Positions 37,691 to 50,890 of a DNA stretch of 64,000 nucleotides are shown here, one piece after another. The notes beneath the pieces were generated by a model. That model saw only the letters and a list, made by a program, of their open reading frames with translations, did no database searches and was not told where the DNA came from. Source of the stretch: Podarcis liolepis (lineage: Eukaryota); assembly GCA_965112155.1 (NCBI GenBank), contig OZ218098.1. One strand, given 5' to 3'. Position 1 is the stretch's first letter, and each line of letters starts with the position of its first letter. A program made the position numbers and the translations under genes.

Positions 37691-39736
37691 TGCACAATGA
37701 AATAACCAATATCATGCTTACAACAAGGTTGTATCTTGCAGGAATGAAGTACAAGCGAAATATACAGCTAAATGCATGAAATATGCACTTTGGTACCAAG
37801 GACAGCAACACTGGCACAGGCAAATAAACAATAGCAGCAGTACGCTAACCTAGAAGAAAATTAATTTCAGAGAATCTCCTTGACCTTTCAGCTGCATGTC
37901 AATCCTCACTGCATTGTGAAGCTGTGAATAAGTAAATGTTTCATGTCCATCTCTCTAGCACAGCAGGTCTCATCACCACAGAAAAGCTTTGTCAATAGAA
38001 CACATACATATCTCGCAAGGCACAGAGCCAGGCATACTTCCAAATTTCTATGCAAAGTATCTTAATTACACTGTCTCTTAATATAGTGTCGTTTATATCC
38101 TGTGATCAGCAGCATGCGCCCTTCTGACCAGATTAATCAAATCCCTCTATTCTGGGCTGTTTCACAGGGTTTCACTCTCCTTAGAACAGATTTTATTTAT
38201 TCATTGATTTTCATCACACTTCCTCTTAATGACAGAGGTGGCGTACAAATTTTAACAAAAGTAAGAAAAGCCATGATGTGTCATAACAAATATGCACTGC
38301 AACAGATCAAACAGGCACAGTTAATTACTATTCAACCCCTAAACTAATTTAAATAAAAGGCCTTACACTTCTCTAAAAGTGAAGGATCAGGTCCACTGGC
38401 ACATATTTACAGATGCTTCCTCAGGGCTGGAACTGATAAAACCCTATTCCTGGGATAGTTGCATTTCACAATCCTATAAAGGAGACTGTCACTCAGGTCA
38501 TGTATCCATAGCAGTGACTAAAGGAGAAATTACCTCTGGGAGGAGTGCAGAGACAAGAAGTGCCATGGTGCACCTGTAGCAGCAAAACCAGACTTCTTCA
38601 TCTGTCCCAGCTGCAAAACATGTCTTTCCCATATTGGTCTCTACAGCCACAGCAGGTGCTGTAACTCTCCAAAGGTTTGACTTCACCCATATAGGCACAC
38701 TCTTCCATTGTCTCCCAAAACAAACAGATGCCAACAATTAATCATGTTCATGTAATCTGGTGCAGGTAACATCGGCTAACCATGCCTGATGACTGCAGTT
38801 TACATGCCTGACCACAAAATGCTATTTAGCCATCTAATCACTATGTTTAAAGTAGGCAGGCAATCATAAATCAGCCTTCATTTATTTGGTTCAATTGGAT
38901 TAATGAGCTTCTTAGCCTGTAATCCATACCATGCAGTGTTAAATTAAACTGAGGTGGGAGTAAGATCTGCCAGATTGGGTTTGGGTGTGTGTGTTTTTTA
39001 ATTTAAAAAACACACCAAAAGCTTTTACCACACTGGGAAAACCAATTAGCATTAATAATTCATTAATTCATTAGCACACTTCATGGATTATGTGCAGCTA
39101 AATTTTAGTTGAATATTCAAATTAGGGCTAGCCAAAGCCCTAAGATTCGGATATTAGTATTTATGAATGCATAAAGGAAATGATAGATTGATCTTGTAGT
39201 AGTCTTATATAGCTGAGTAATTCTAAATTCATATGTTTTGATGGGATATTTTATTGGTTTTTCTTTTTCAAATAAGTTATCATAAGAGAATGTTTTACAA
39301 TTTTTCAAACTGAAATGTTAAAGCCAAACATTGAAATAGTACCCACAGCTCATATCACAATACAGAAACCTGCATAATTAAATTCTATCATGCCATCAGG
39401 GCTACGCATGGTTTTAAGAAACAACCTGCCTCCCATTAAACATGCAAATCCCGTTTTGAAATTTGGAGAAATTTTAAAGCACTTTGCAATATGGCAATAC
39501 AGAGCAGGGGGAGGTTACCATTCAAAGAAAAAGATCAAACAAAAAGTCATGATGGGCATGTGCTGGTAGTTAGACATGTTCCTAAAATGAGTCTGAAGTG
39601 CAGATCTGTATGTATACATCTCTAGTGGTATTCAACTACGTTTTACTCAGAGTAAACCTACTGAAATGAACAGCTCTAACTTAGGCTGTGTACATACACC
39701 CCATTTAAATTTGCATCCAGTGTACTCCCATCTTTA

Positions 39737-39989
39737 CAGTGGTGCCTCACAAGACGAAAAGAATTCGTTCCGTGAGTCTTTTCGTCTTGCGATGTTTTCC
39801 GTCTTGCGAAGCACGGTCCGTCGCAACTGCGCCTCTTCAAGCGGCTTTAAAAAAAAAGCGCAAGACGTTTTCATCTTGCGAAGCAAGCCCATAGGGAAAT
39901 TCGTCTAGCAAAGCAACGCAAAACCGAAAAACCCTTTCGTCCAGCGAGTTTTTCGTCTTGCGAGGCATTTGTCTTGCGGGGCACCACTG
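39737..39989 (-). mobile_element. Tc1/mariner (Tigger-like) MITE, family B
   Basis: TA|cagtggtgcctcacaagacgaa ... gtcttgcggggcaccactg|TA; opposite orientation to 26898-27251. Confidence 0.88.
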
Positions 39990-41856
39990 TATTTTGTGAA
40001 GCCATGCACACACAACATTAGCCATAATCCACATCTATCCTGCAGCTTGATAAATACTGTGTTTTCCTGAGTTTTTCCCAAACCAGCTTCAGTTTGATTT
40101 GAAAAGGGGATGCTTTCCTGAGCAAATTGCAGGTTCCAAATGTCTTATCCAGATCAGCATCAGAGTGGGGCAAAGGGGGCTAAAAAGCCCCTTACCACAA
40201 GACAGGCAGCAGGATCAAGTCCTTTTTCTGTTAAAAGTCATGTATGTTAAGGCAGAGATATTTTATGTATCCTCTAGCTTGGCCATCATCTTCTTTCTCC
40301 CCTCTACTCCTTTCTAAACAGTCCTGAACATGTGAAATGTTAATTGAATTACTGGTGAACAATTTAGTTGGTATAGCAATGCATTAAAAGCTACAACAAA
40401 CATGTTGTCTTATTCAGCCCAATATCTCTTTCTCTGAGGAGTTAACAACCTTCAGGTCATTTTGTGCTTGGTGAGCAGATGTAGAGTTGCTATATGAACT
40501 GTGGGTGCATTGTTAATTTAGTCTAAATACATGCAGAAACAGCAAAGATGAATGCTGGATTTATATTGAAATCTACAGTAAAATAAGTTCTAGTATCAGC
40601 TTTTTATGTTTATTTTAGCCACAATCATTTGCTGAGCAGGTAAAGGAGTAATGAAAGGATGCAACAAATATAAAATATTTCTCTCTCACATACAGCTATT
40701 TGCTTCATGCTAAATATTTGTTCTCTAAATATTTTAATCACTTCTAGAATAAATAAAACATGATGACTGACTGAGCCAGGATACCTTGGTTATTATAATT
40801 GCTCCTGTTTTGTATCATTCTATTCATATGCAATAACCTGGGTTTTAATTAGTTAGAAATAAACTCTGCTTCAGATATGACAAGCTGCAAAGCCCAATTA
40901 AATAGACTGACAATATGTTGGCATGACACTACAAGACTTTCATTGTTTACAATGGATCTTAAGCCCAAAGAGCTGTGATATGATACAGAAATGCAATATT
41001 CTTGACAATATTTATTTCTGCATTCTGTGGTGACAGGGGCTCCAATTTTGATCAGAAGAGCATGCTAGTGAGATGGAGTTTAACCTTTTCCCCCTGCACT
41101 ATTTTTCTGGTCTAAATCTCCTCTGCAACTGAAGCTGTGATTAGCCCTGCTGGGAAACAGTGCAGAAAACAGGTACCAGCATTTTCCCCAGAGGGGCTAA
41201 TGATGACTTCAGGGCAGGAGATGTTCAGTCAGGAAAAGAACACTTGGAGCCACTGCTACAGCAATCAATCACTGAGACCACCAGTGCCTGGATTACGGTG
41301 GCCAAGTTATCTCTGTCCAGGAATGGTTGTAGCTATAAGACAGAGCTGGTGAAAGGCATCCCTAGGCACTGAGAACACCTGGGCCTCTAGAGAAAAAGAT
41401 GAATCCTGGTGCATTTCCAGTCTATGCACCTACTTCTATAGACAAGTGCGACCACATTCAGAATGCATAACTGACCTCTCCAGTCTAAATATACCCGACT
41501 CGCATGCAGTGGAGAAATAGATACTGGTAGCATCTCACTCCAAATCCCCTAATGACCACTCTCAATGCTAAACAGCTTTGGTGTCAATATAGTTACTTGT
41601 GGCACCCCATGACATAATTGTCAGAGAGCTGAATAGCATCCCTCAACACTAGTTTGCAAAATGACTCTGCTGGAGTATAGCCCTAATGCCCATCCCATGG
41701 AGTCAGTCTGGGTACCATGTTGATGGTGTCAAAAGCCACAGAGAGATGAAACAAGAGGAAGCAGGGTCACACACACCCTCTCTCTTTAAATAAAGGTCAT
41801 CCACCAGAGCGAAGGACCGTTCAGTCCACAAACCCAGACTCAAAGAGGTCTCAGAT

Positions 41857-41992
41857 CAGGCATTCCCAACCTTCAGCCCTCCAGATGTTTTGGATTACAA
41901 TTCCCATCATCCCTGACCACTGGTCATGTTATCTAGGGATCATGGGAGTTGTAGGCCAAAACATCTGGAGGGCCACAGGTTGGGGGTGCCTG
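41857..41992. mobile_element. hAT MITE, complete
   Basis: caggcattcccaacct..gccctccagatgttttgg / ccaaaacatctggagggc..aggttgggggtgcctg; flanks tctcagat / gtctagat resemble a TCTAGA-type hAT target. Confidence 0.8.
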
Positions 41993-42186
41993 GTCTAGAT
42001 AAAATCAGTGTCTTCCAGGAATGCCTGTTAATATGGGCAAAGACCTAAGACTGGAAGCTTCAGGAGCCGCACAATGCCCAATATGCGCTCAAAGTATTGA
42101 ATTATTCCTACTTCTAGAACAGCGAATGTACCTTGATATCTCTCATCCTATTTCCTGCTCCATTTTAGGCAGACCTGCATGTGCTC

Positions 42187-42289
42187 CATGAGTTTGACCA
42201 AAGTGCGGGAGGCAGTGGAAGACAGGAGTGCCTGGCGTGCTCTGGTCCATGAGGTCACGAAGAGTCAAGCACGACTAAACGACAACAAC
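42187..42289 (+). mobile_element. RTE/Bov-B-type LINE 3' end
   Basis: gggaggcagtggaagacaggagtgcctggcgtgctctggtccatgaggtcacgaagagtc..acgactaaacgac followed by (aac)n. Confidence 0.8.
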
Positions 42290-43351
42290 GTGTGCTACTG
42301 CTGAACACCAACATTCAACATATAGAAATGCTGAGTTCTGCAAACTGCATATGCATATTTGTGATACTTTGCATAATTTATTCTGCTTCTACCAAGAAAT
42401 TAAGAAGGCAGGAGCCACACATGGCACAAGAGCCAACACCCACAACCACTGTGTTTCCGTCTTTCTTCAAGTACATAAAACCCAGGTCAGCATTTTCAAA
42501 TTAGCGTAACCCCTTTTCCCTTTTTCTTTCTTAAATGAAATAAATAAATAAATAAAGAAGGAAATAATAATATCAAGTTTCCCAGGAATCTGACTTTTTA
42601 ATCAATTTCTACACTCACTCTGCAGAATCACAACACATATAGCTTGGGTATGCTTATGTTGGCAGAGAAGGCAGGCTAATTCTTACATTTCTGTAAACTA
42701 CCAACAAGGTCACATTATAGTCCTTTGTTTTTGTGTGTGTTATTTTTTTAAAAGGGTAATAACTACCCCCACAGTGCATTGCTCCACCTTTTCCATCCTT
42801 GCTGAAAGAACAGCAGTTGTTAATGCCAACTATATGGTTGGCTTTTCAAATTGTTTGCAAACTTTTGCATAAAGGAAAATTGCACAGTTGGCAGCTTAAT
42901 GGATGTTTACTACAGTTCTAAATACAACTTGAGAAATTATGCATATCAAATGTGTTTGTAATTGCATGATTTATTGTGGACTTCATGTAAATATTCATGT
43001 AAATTGACTTCAGTCAATAGCCAGTTACTGCCATTAAAAACGTATTCAAGACTGCATACTCAAGTCAGCACACACTCACCCTTCACTCTGTTATTAAGCA
43101 AGGAGAATATTACCAGAATTGTTTGTGTTCTTAAAACACATTTATACAAGCTGTTATCAGGCAGTTTCTGTAAGCTTACAGCAATATGCTTTACTCAATA
43201 ATATATATTTCAACCAACCTGATTTGCCTAGGACAGACTACCTCAACATCACAAATGATGGAACCAGCCGAGGGTGTAAGAGATTTAAAAAGACTATAGA
43301 AGACTTGGAAAATTTAAGGTGGCTTTGAAATGATCTCTTCACTCCCACTGG

Positions 43352-44190
43352 ATTTATTTTTATTTGACAACATTTATTAACTTCTTAATAGGCAAGGTTT
43401 ACAATTGGTTTGCATAAAAACAATATAAAATGGTCATTAAAATACAAATCAAACTTTAACCAACCTTAAAAAAACTAAGTTGACAAAATAAAATTTATCA
43501 ATGTACAAACGTCAAAATAGCACATCGGGGCGGACTTGCCTAAACAATTTCTTGTTTTTGCAAGCCTTTAAAAATGTTTAGTAAAGGCGCCTGCTTAATA
43601 TTAATATGCAGGGAGCTCCAGACAACAGGTGCTGCCACACCGAAGGATCAATTACTTGCAAAAGAATAATAGAATTGGAAGGGACCCCAATGTTAATCTA
43701 GTCCAACCCCCTGCAATGCAGGAAACTCAACATTATACGGCATTTGCAAAAGTGCCAGTTACACAGGTTGAAGCTGTTGAGTGGATGAGCAAGGTAAACT
43801 GGTCCCAAGCTGTTATGGGTGTTACTAATAGTAGCACCTTGAATTTGGCCCAGGGCCATGGGTGTTCTATGCTGACAGAATCTCATTCCCACTGATCATG
43901 CTGCAGTATTCTGCTCTAACTGTAGTTTTCAGACAAAGAGCACTGCATACAGACTGCACTGCAGTGATCCAATTTTTAAAGACTCTAAAGCCTGGTCTAC
44001 TGTGGTCAAGCTTTCACGGTCCAAGAACGGCCATAGATATTGTTCCATCAGAAGCAGATAAAAGGCATTCCTAGCCACTGAGACCTCACGGGCCTCCAGT
44101 GACAAAGTTGGATCCAGAAGGATCCCCAAAGTGTGATACCTGCTCCCTCAGGGACAATCAATTGGCCAATTTCTTAGACATGGGAACCAC
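43352..44190 (-). mobile_element. Fragmented L2 LINE with a CR1-type tail inserted at ~43668-43730
   Basis: ORF 43929..44129 gives GILLDPTLSLEA..VSVARNAFY, an L2 RT motif. AT-rich tail at ~43352-43380; agaattggaagggacccc..ctagtccaaccccctg is a CR1 tail on -. Confidence 0.65.
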
Positions 44191-46375
44191 TCGTCTACAG
44201 GGCCTGGTTACAAGTTGAGTAATGAGCAGCACTATTAGAGACTCATATGCAATTAGGAGAGAGACTTTCCTCTCCCCATTTCCAGGATCCAGGCTTTAAT
44301 TCATAATTTTAACAAGCTTTAAAAAAAAAATTAAAAATTTGATAAACCCGTTCACAGTTGTGGGGCGTGGAAGGACAAACAAAACTGAAAAAGCAGTTTC
44401 TCCCATTCATAATTCCAAGAAATTTACTGAATATTTTAATACAGGGCATCTCTCAGAACAGACGGTTCAGGGATTAGCCATTCTGTTACTGTGGTAGGCT
44501 TTTTTTTTTTAACCATCTCCCGCCCCCACCATCCTACCCAAATTCTGCTTGTTGCTAATCCTTCCTTCTCATTTAAACCTGCTTGGGTTGTTGCCTTGGA
44601 CAGGAGAGTAAATACACAGGATAGTGTGTGCATTGCTGTGATGAATGAACAAATCTTATCTAATGATTAAGAGCTAATAAGAAGGTCGAGTTTTAGCATG
44701 TTTCATTGATCTTCGGAGCTGGCATCACTTTCTAAATTCCCTGTGATCTTTTCTGCTTTATTTGTTCATCACATCTGATGGAGACATAATACAACTGAAC
44801 TCAGGGCTGCTCAAGCAACATTGCTTGTATTTAAATGTCAGCAGCTGCACACTTGACTAGTTAATATTCCACCACAATCCTGCACCCAAACCTGTTGTGA
44901 TGTTGATTTGCAACAATGCATGCGAATATTTGGTTATTTAGAATGCTTGATACTGTAGTGAAAATTCAGAGCAGCCTATACTTATCACTTGCTTTGAATC
45001 TAAGGCTAGATGGAAGTATTTTGCTTTAAAAACCATTATGCTGGCAGCTCTGGAAAAGACATTCTATTGGAGTACTTTATTAATCAAATACTGTACACCT
45101 TCTTTGGTATTCCCAGTGTGCCAGATTTGCTGCTTCCATTTCTGAGGAATGAAAGGCTTTGAACCTGCTCAGCCTGATGAGACAATGAGACAATGGCCCA
45201 AAGTCCCTCTGTGACGTAAGCACCACAGACTCCAAATGATTTCTACTGGCTGCTGCCTGAAGACAGCAACATAGGAGGCAATGAGAGGTGAAAGGTGATG
45301 TTGCAAAGCTTTGTCAAAAGAGAGACTTCGTGTTCAATTATATGTCAAACTGGCTTCCAGGTATATAGATCTTGACTATTAATACGCTATTAACTGTAGT
45401 CACTCTTTCTTTTCTTTATCTTAAAGGATTCTACTTGGCTACAAGGCATTGTGAGCTTGCTACATTTTGTAGCCTGCAAAGGTCAAGTGTTTGCAACAAA
45501 AAAAGAGAATACTGTGAAACTTAAAGCAGGTCAAATGCGCTCAGTGTTAGTTCACAAGTTTCTATAGCTCCAGTAGCCAATTAAAACCTTATTTTTTTTA
45601 CTGCTAAAATAGAGGAATGTGAGCATGGGGGTTTTTTTGACAAGGGGAGAGGGGAGAATTCAACAGCAGTAACAGAATCTCAAACTCTAAATGCTTAATT
45701 GGGTACAGATTTGTGTGTTATAGAATTGTATTGCTCTTAATCATATAGTCTTATTTTTGTGAGTGCAGACCTGGGACTGTATAATGAAGAAATAAATCTT
45801 GTAAATGAACTATTTCCAATGTTTTTCCTTTAATAAATCATAGGAAATAGCAATAGCAATATTGTGAAGAGAGAGAACCAAATTCAAAATAAAATAAAAT
45901 AAACAAGGTGAACTGGGGAGAAAAGGGGCTCATGAAATGGCTCAAAAACAGAAGTCAAGAAAAAGGAAAAACTCACAGGGTGGGTAATTTGTTTTATAAA
46001 GGGTTGCATAAGCATTTCCTCATCTGAAAATATCAGAGAAGCATTCAGCATCCAACAAACAAAAGGCAAGTAGAAAGTAAGGAAGGATGAAGGTATTTTG
46101 ACGGGGAGGCTATGACGCTAGTGATATGACAGACACTAATAAGTGCATGCATCTCTCATATAACAGTTTCCACACAGTTCAATTTGCAGCTGACACACAA
46201 GCCAGAAAAATGTTTGGCATTTTTTCCAGCAGCAAGGAATCACCATTTCAGCTTTAGGAAAAAGCAGCTACCTTCCCTACCAAAAAAATCTTTCTGGGAA
46301 TACTATCTAGATCCCCCAAATGAAATGGAACGCAACCAGACATTTACTGGGAAGCCAACATGCTTAGATCTAAAC

Positions 46376-46458
46376 CAGGCATAGGCAAACTCGGCCCTCC
46401 AGATGTTTTGGGACTGCAACTCCCATCATCCCTGATGACTGGTCCTGTTAGCTAGGGA
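46376..46458. mobile_element. Half hAT MITE
   Basis: caggcataggcaaactcggccctccagatgttttg is identical to the TIR at 56209; truncated. Confidence 0.8.
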
Positions 46459-47188
46459 GAGAACGTGTATCTGCCCACATGGCACATCAATCATGGTGAC
46501 TGAATAACTCTTTAAGCCCCCCACACAAACACATGGCACTCTGCACTGTATATGTTCATGAAAACAAGCTCCAGTTCCCATTTGTTTTTTAAAGGACAAA
46601 TTAAAATTTAATCTTTGACCTTTTAATATTTATTTCTAATTAATCAAAAACATAATTCAGTAACATGTAGAAAGTAAAGGTGGTAAATGCAAGTGAATAT
46701 AAATTGAAATTGAACACACATGCACACAGTACAAATCTGGGTTTTTACATGTTTTGTGGATCCTTTCCCCTTTTCTATAAACCTTGGAACCTCCCTCTTG
46801 TGCACAAGTGTGCCTTTTAGCTACACAAGCACTGGCACTCATGCCTGAAAAATAAGAAACAGAGGTAATGATGCCATAAAAACTATGAACCCCAATATTG
46901 CTCTCAAGTCTCTTCTTTTCTGCAATACATTCCAAATTAAGCACTGGCAGCTGGCACACATCTTAGTTGTTTATCTCAAGGTAAAAGTACAGAACAGGTG
47001 TTGATATTTCAGCACTATATTTCGTTTTTCATAGGTTCAATAGCTCCAATGCTGGTGTGTTCAAATGCAGTAGGACTATGCATTTGGACCTTTTAAACCA
47101 CAAGCACTTTGAATTGAACCCTGAAACAAAGTGGTAGTCAATACACCTGACCATTCTCTCTTTGCTAGACCTTATTAGCCACTATGGA

Positions 47189-47258
47189 TCAGAATCGTAG
47201 AGTTGGAAGGCACCCCAAGGGCCATCTAGTCCAACCCCCTTGGATGCAGGAATCTCAA
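47189..47258 (-). mobile_element. CR1-type 3' tail (LINE or partner SINE)
   Basis: agaatcgtagagttggaagg..cccaagggccatctagtccaaccccct. Confidence 0.7.
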
Positions 47259-47699
47259 CACATGGTTCCCCATCCAATTTGAAGACATACCAGACCCTGC
47301 TTAGCTGTGCAAATGTGCTAGCCATTTTATTGCTGTACCACTCAGTCTCCCACATGACAGAAGGGGATACTTACTACTATACTAATGAGTAACTAAGAAA
47401 TGCTATGTTCTAAATGATAGAATATGCAGCAACACAAAGTTGCAGTGACCCAGGGTCCTTGTTTATGGTTGCAATAACTTGATACAAATATGACTCTGAC
47501 ATACAACAGAAAAAACTGGGTCCCCGCCCCCACATCTGATCTGCCCCCCCCCCATTGGCTTTTCTATTCTATTCTATAATGAAGTAGCTCTCAACTTACT
47601 TCAAGGACTCTCAGCCTTCTAAGTCATTACTCCAATATTATATTGTCACATACAAGACCTGATCGACGAAACCATCACTGAAATTACAGAAGATCACTA

Positions 47700-47859
47700 T
47701 AAAAAAATTCCTTCCAGTAGCACCTTAAAGACCAACTAAGTTAGTGCATGCACACGAAAGCTCATACCAAGAACTAACTTAGTTGGTCTTTAAGGTGCTA
47801 CTGGAAGGAATTTTTTTATTTTGACTATGGCAGACCAACACGGCTACCTATCTACTACT
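47700..47859 (+). mobile_element. Young Penelope-like fragment with inverted 5' duplication
   Basis: 12-bp TSD agaagatcacta (47688-47699 / 47860-47871); perfect 47-bp inverted repeat 47699-47745 / 47773-47819; holds only the 3' half of the hammerhead. Confidence 0.8.
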
Positions 47860-48762
47860 AGAAGATCACTAGTGTTTGCTAGGTGTTGCACCATAAAATA
47901 TCACTTACAGCATAAAAATAAAATTAACCAAAGTTCGTCCAATCTAGTTTAATTTTCAGTGTAGATTAGCTTCTATAGCAGGCAAAGTGAAAAAATTGAG
48001 GAAGGCATTCTTGCTACTGCTATGCATCAAAGGAGCAAGATCTAACGGGGTGGTGCATTCTCCTTCCCAGGAACAGTACTGTTGCAGCAACAGAAAAACC
48101 AGCAGAGCCCCAGTCATTGGCCAAAGGAGAAACTTGCTTTCTGCCACAAAGAACTCTATTACTGTCAGATGCCCTGGGCTACAGAAACAAGACACTCTCC
48201 CAACAACCTAAAGGACCACTGTTTAGTTTCACTGTTTCTACCCAAGCAAAATCTCCAGCAAGCATCAGCCAAGCCCCAACTGAATATAAAAATGCATTCA
48301 CAATATTACTTTTTCTGGCTTGTCAAGCTGATCTCCCTCATATCTTTACTTCCTTTCCCTTGTCAGTCTTTCATTCTGCAAGCCTAACACTACAGTCTTT
48401 TCCTCATTTTCATTTATGTACCGTACCTATCATAGCACTACATTGTACCAATAGATGTGAATCGCTTCAAGAGACCATTTTTGTCACACACACAAAAATG
48501 GCATTAAAAATTAAACACTTGAGCCCATTGCTGAAATCTACGGTTCAGGTGCATGCTTCACATTCATGCTTATGCAGAGGTTTAGTCTATATCTAAACAA
48601 TGTATTGCGTGAAGCATCCTCTACACATTCAGTAGCTTATCGTTTCCCAGATGAATTTATATTAACAGAAATAAATTAAACGTATTGTGATATTTCTGAA
48701 CCTTGATATGAGGGAAGCACCATAAAATAAAGTTTTGTCCAAATATCTAGCTATATGCTAAA

Positions 48763-49185
48763 GCATGGAAGAAGACCCTGCAGCCCTCCAGATTATATCC
48801 AGCTACAACTCCCCATCATGTCTGATCATTGTTCATGCTGGCTGGGGCTGATGAGAGCTGGACCCCAACAATATCTAAAAGGCAACAGGTTCCCTATCCA
48901 TGTACATGGTTGGGGAACCTTTTTCAACCCAAGAGTCACATTCCCTTAAGAGTAATCTTTCATGAGCCATATGCCAGTGTTGGATGGGACCAGAGGCTAA
49001 GTGGGCTTCACTTTTGTACAGTCGTTTCTACACACCCGTCTGTCTTCCATCATTACAAGCAAGAGGTATTGTCAGGATCCAATGACACATTCCAGCAAGA
49101 ACACTTCGGGAGAGAGCTGAGGGCCAGATACAGAGGTGTGGAGGGCTGCAGGCCCCTGCTGCCACCGGCCAGAGATTCCCTACCT
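48763..49185. mobile_element. Two adjacent degenerate hAT MITEs
   Basis: cagccctccaga..ctacaactccccatca..ggcaacaggttccctatcc, then catggttggggaacctttt ... ccagagattccctacc. Confidence 0.55.
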
Positions 49186-50262
49186 ATTTACTAGAACAAC
49201 CTGCCTGATATTCCTGTACTCACAGAAGAGTAGGGAAGAAAAAAGGAGGGGGACGAGACTGACACTGGTATAGATAAACAGAAGGGATATAAGCACCAAA
49301 AAAGTCTAGTAGCAGTTTGATGTTCGACAAGGAAGTATGAATAAAATGGAGTCATGTGTATGGAATTAGGGAATACAATTTTATTCAAGCAATATTTGCT
49401 CTATTAAAATCATCCATCAAGAATAAACTGACAAAGTCATTGTTGTCTGGGGAGATTGCTTAACTATATTAAAGGTTTATAAGTGCCACATTTGTAAATT
49501 CATCTTTCCTGCAGTAGACTACACAATAAAAGATAGCGTATACTAACAGATATTAGCAGCTATAAAGAAATGCAAGAATAGCTTCCAGGAGGAAAATGTT
49601 AGTTAGATTATGTTCACATCTAGCTCCTTCTTGTCTTTTACAATTACAGTTTCTTCTGACTTCCTTCTGGTTTCTGCTGTAGCATTCTTAAGTGAAAACT
49701 GTCAAATTCCCCCAAGGCAAGTATGCTATATGCAGCACAGTCTGACTCCAGAGATCTTCAGCCAATGTGGTTCAGTCAACACTATATTCCAGGTGGATTA
49801 AGTATGTGCCTAAGCATCGCATTTATCCATTGTCCAGATCTGCAGCAGCATGGCTTCTGGTCATGCTTCAAAATGATGAGCAGCATAAATATTGCATCCA
49901 TTGCTCCGCCTACCGCTATCCAGCTCTACCCTACATGTCATAATTACTATGGGAAAATTGCTATGGAAATAAGCAAGTGGACTATTGCTACACAAACATC
50001 CTCTAGTTCCTCAGCCAACATTTCTACTCTTCTACTGGCTGGCTTCCCCAACCTGGTACGCTCCAGTGTTTGGGACTACAACTTCCACCAGCATGGCCAA
50101 CAGCCCAATGCTGCCCATCAGAAAGGAAAGCAGCATTAGGGCATCATGCAAACTGGCTCAAGGAGTGCAATGCCACATTGTAGTCCTCTGGAAATCTCAT
50201 GCCAAGGGGTGTGTGGCCATTCCACACACGCATGAACAGATCTTACCCTTGTTAGATGCTTG

Positions 50263-50812
50263 TGACATATGAAATACTTAAGCACTGTTTCTGTTCATGT
50301 GGGCTCCGTTGGGATTATTGTTCCTGCTCTGAATTTCAAGGGAAGTCTGTTTGTAGCCTCTGCCTTGTGTGCCAGAGCTGCTGTAGATCTTGCTTGCCTG
50401 CATGCTTGTATAGTACAGGAAGCTGCTCCTGTCTTGGTCACCTCCACCCATTCTCACTGGGTGGACATGTAAGGTGAGTGTTGGCCAACTTGAAATCTCC
50501 ACTTTGGTTCCCCTGTAGAGGAGTTTTCCTCCCTATTATAGTGCTCAGGTATAATAAAATTGTTCCCTGCTCTTCAGAGACCTATCTATGAATAGAAGAG
50601 GAGACAATCTTCTTCCTCCTCATGGCACTGGACTGAGTAGAATGTGGCAACTTTGCTCTCCACTGTGGTACTGGACTGGAAAATAATTAGTTCTTCAAGC
50701 AGCATATGGGTGCCTTGGGAGCTGCAGGTCAGAGAGGAGGAGGAAGAAATTTTGGCTGGCTTTGTAGGAGCAGCGATATCAGGGCTAAATGTCACCACCA
50801 CCATTGCCTGTC
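50263..50812 (-). mobile_element. Possible degenerate solo LTR
   Basis: TGACA...TGTCA termini and purine-rich gaggaggaagaag segments; no TSD. Confidence 0.3.
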
Positions 50813-50890
50813 ATTTCAAAATGGACAGAGAGCACGCCATAGACACCAGAGCTTCTAAATGTCTCCCTCTCACACAACACTAGATCTCCA

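Noticed and set aside
44638-44778. C/D snoRNA-like boxes (GTGATGA ... CTGA)
   Set aside because: Antisense to the host transcript, no convincing terminal stem and no recognisable rRNA guide.
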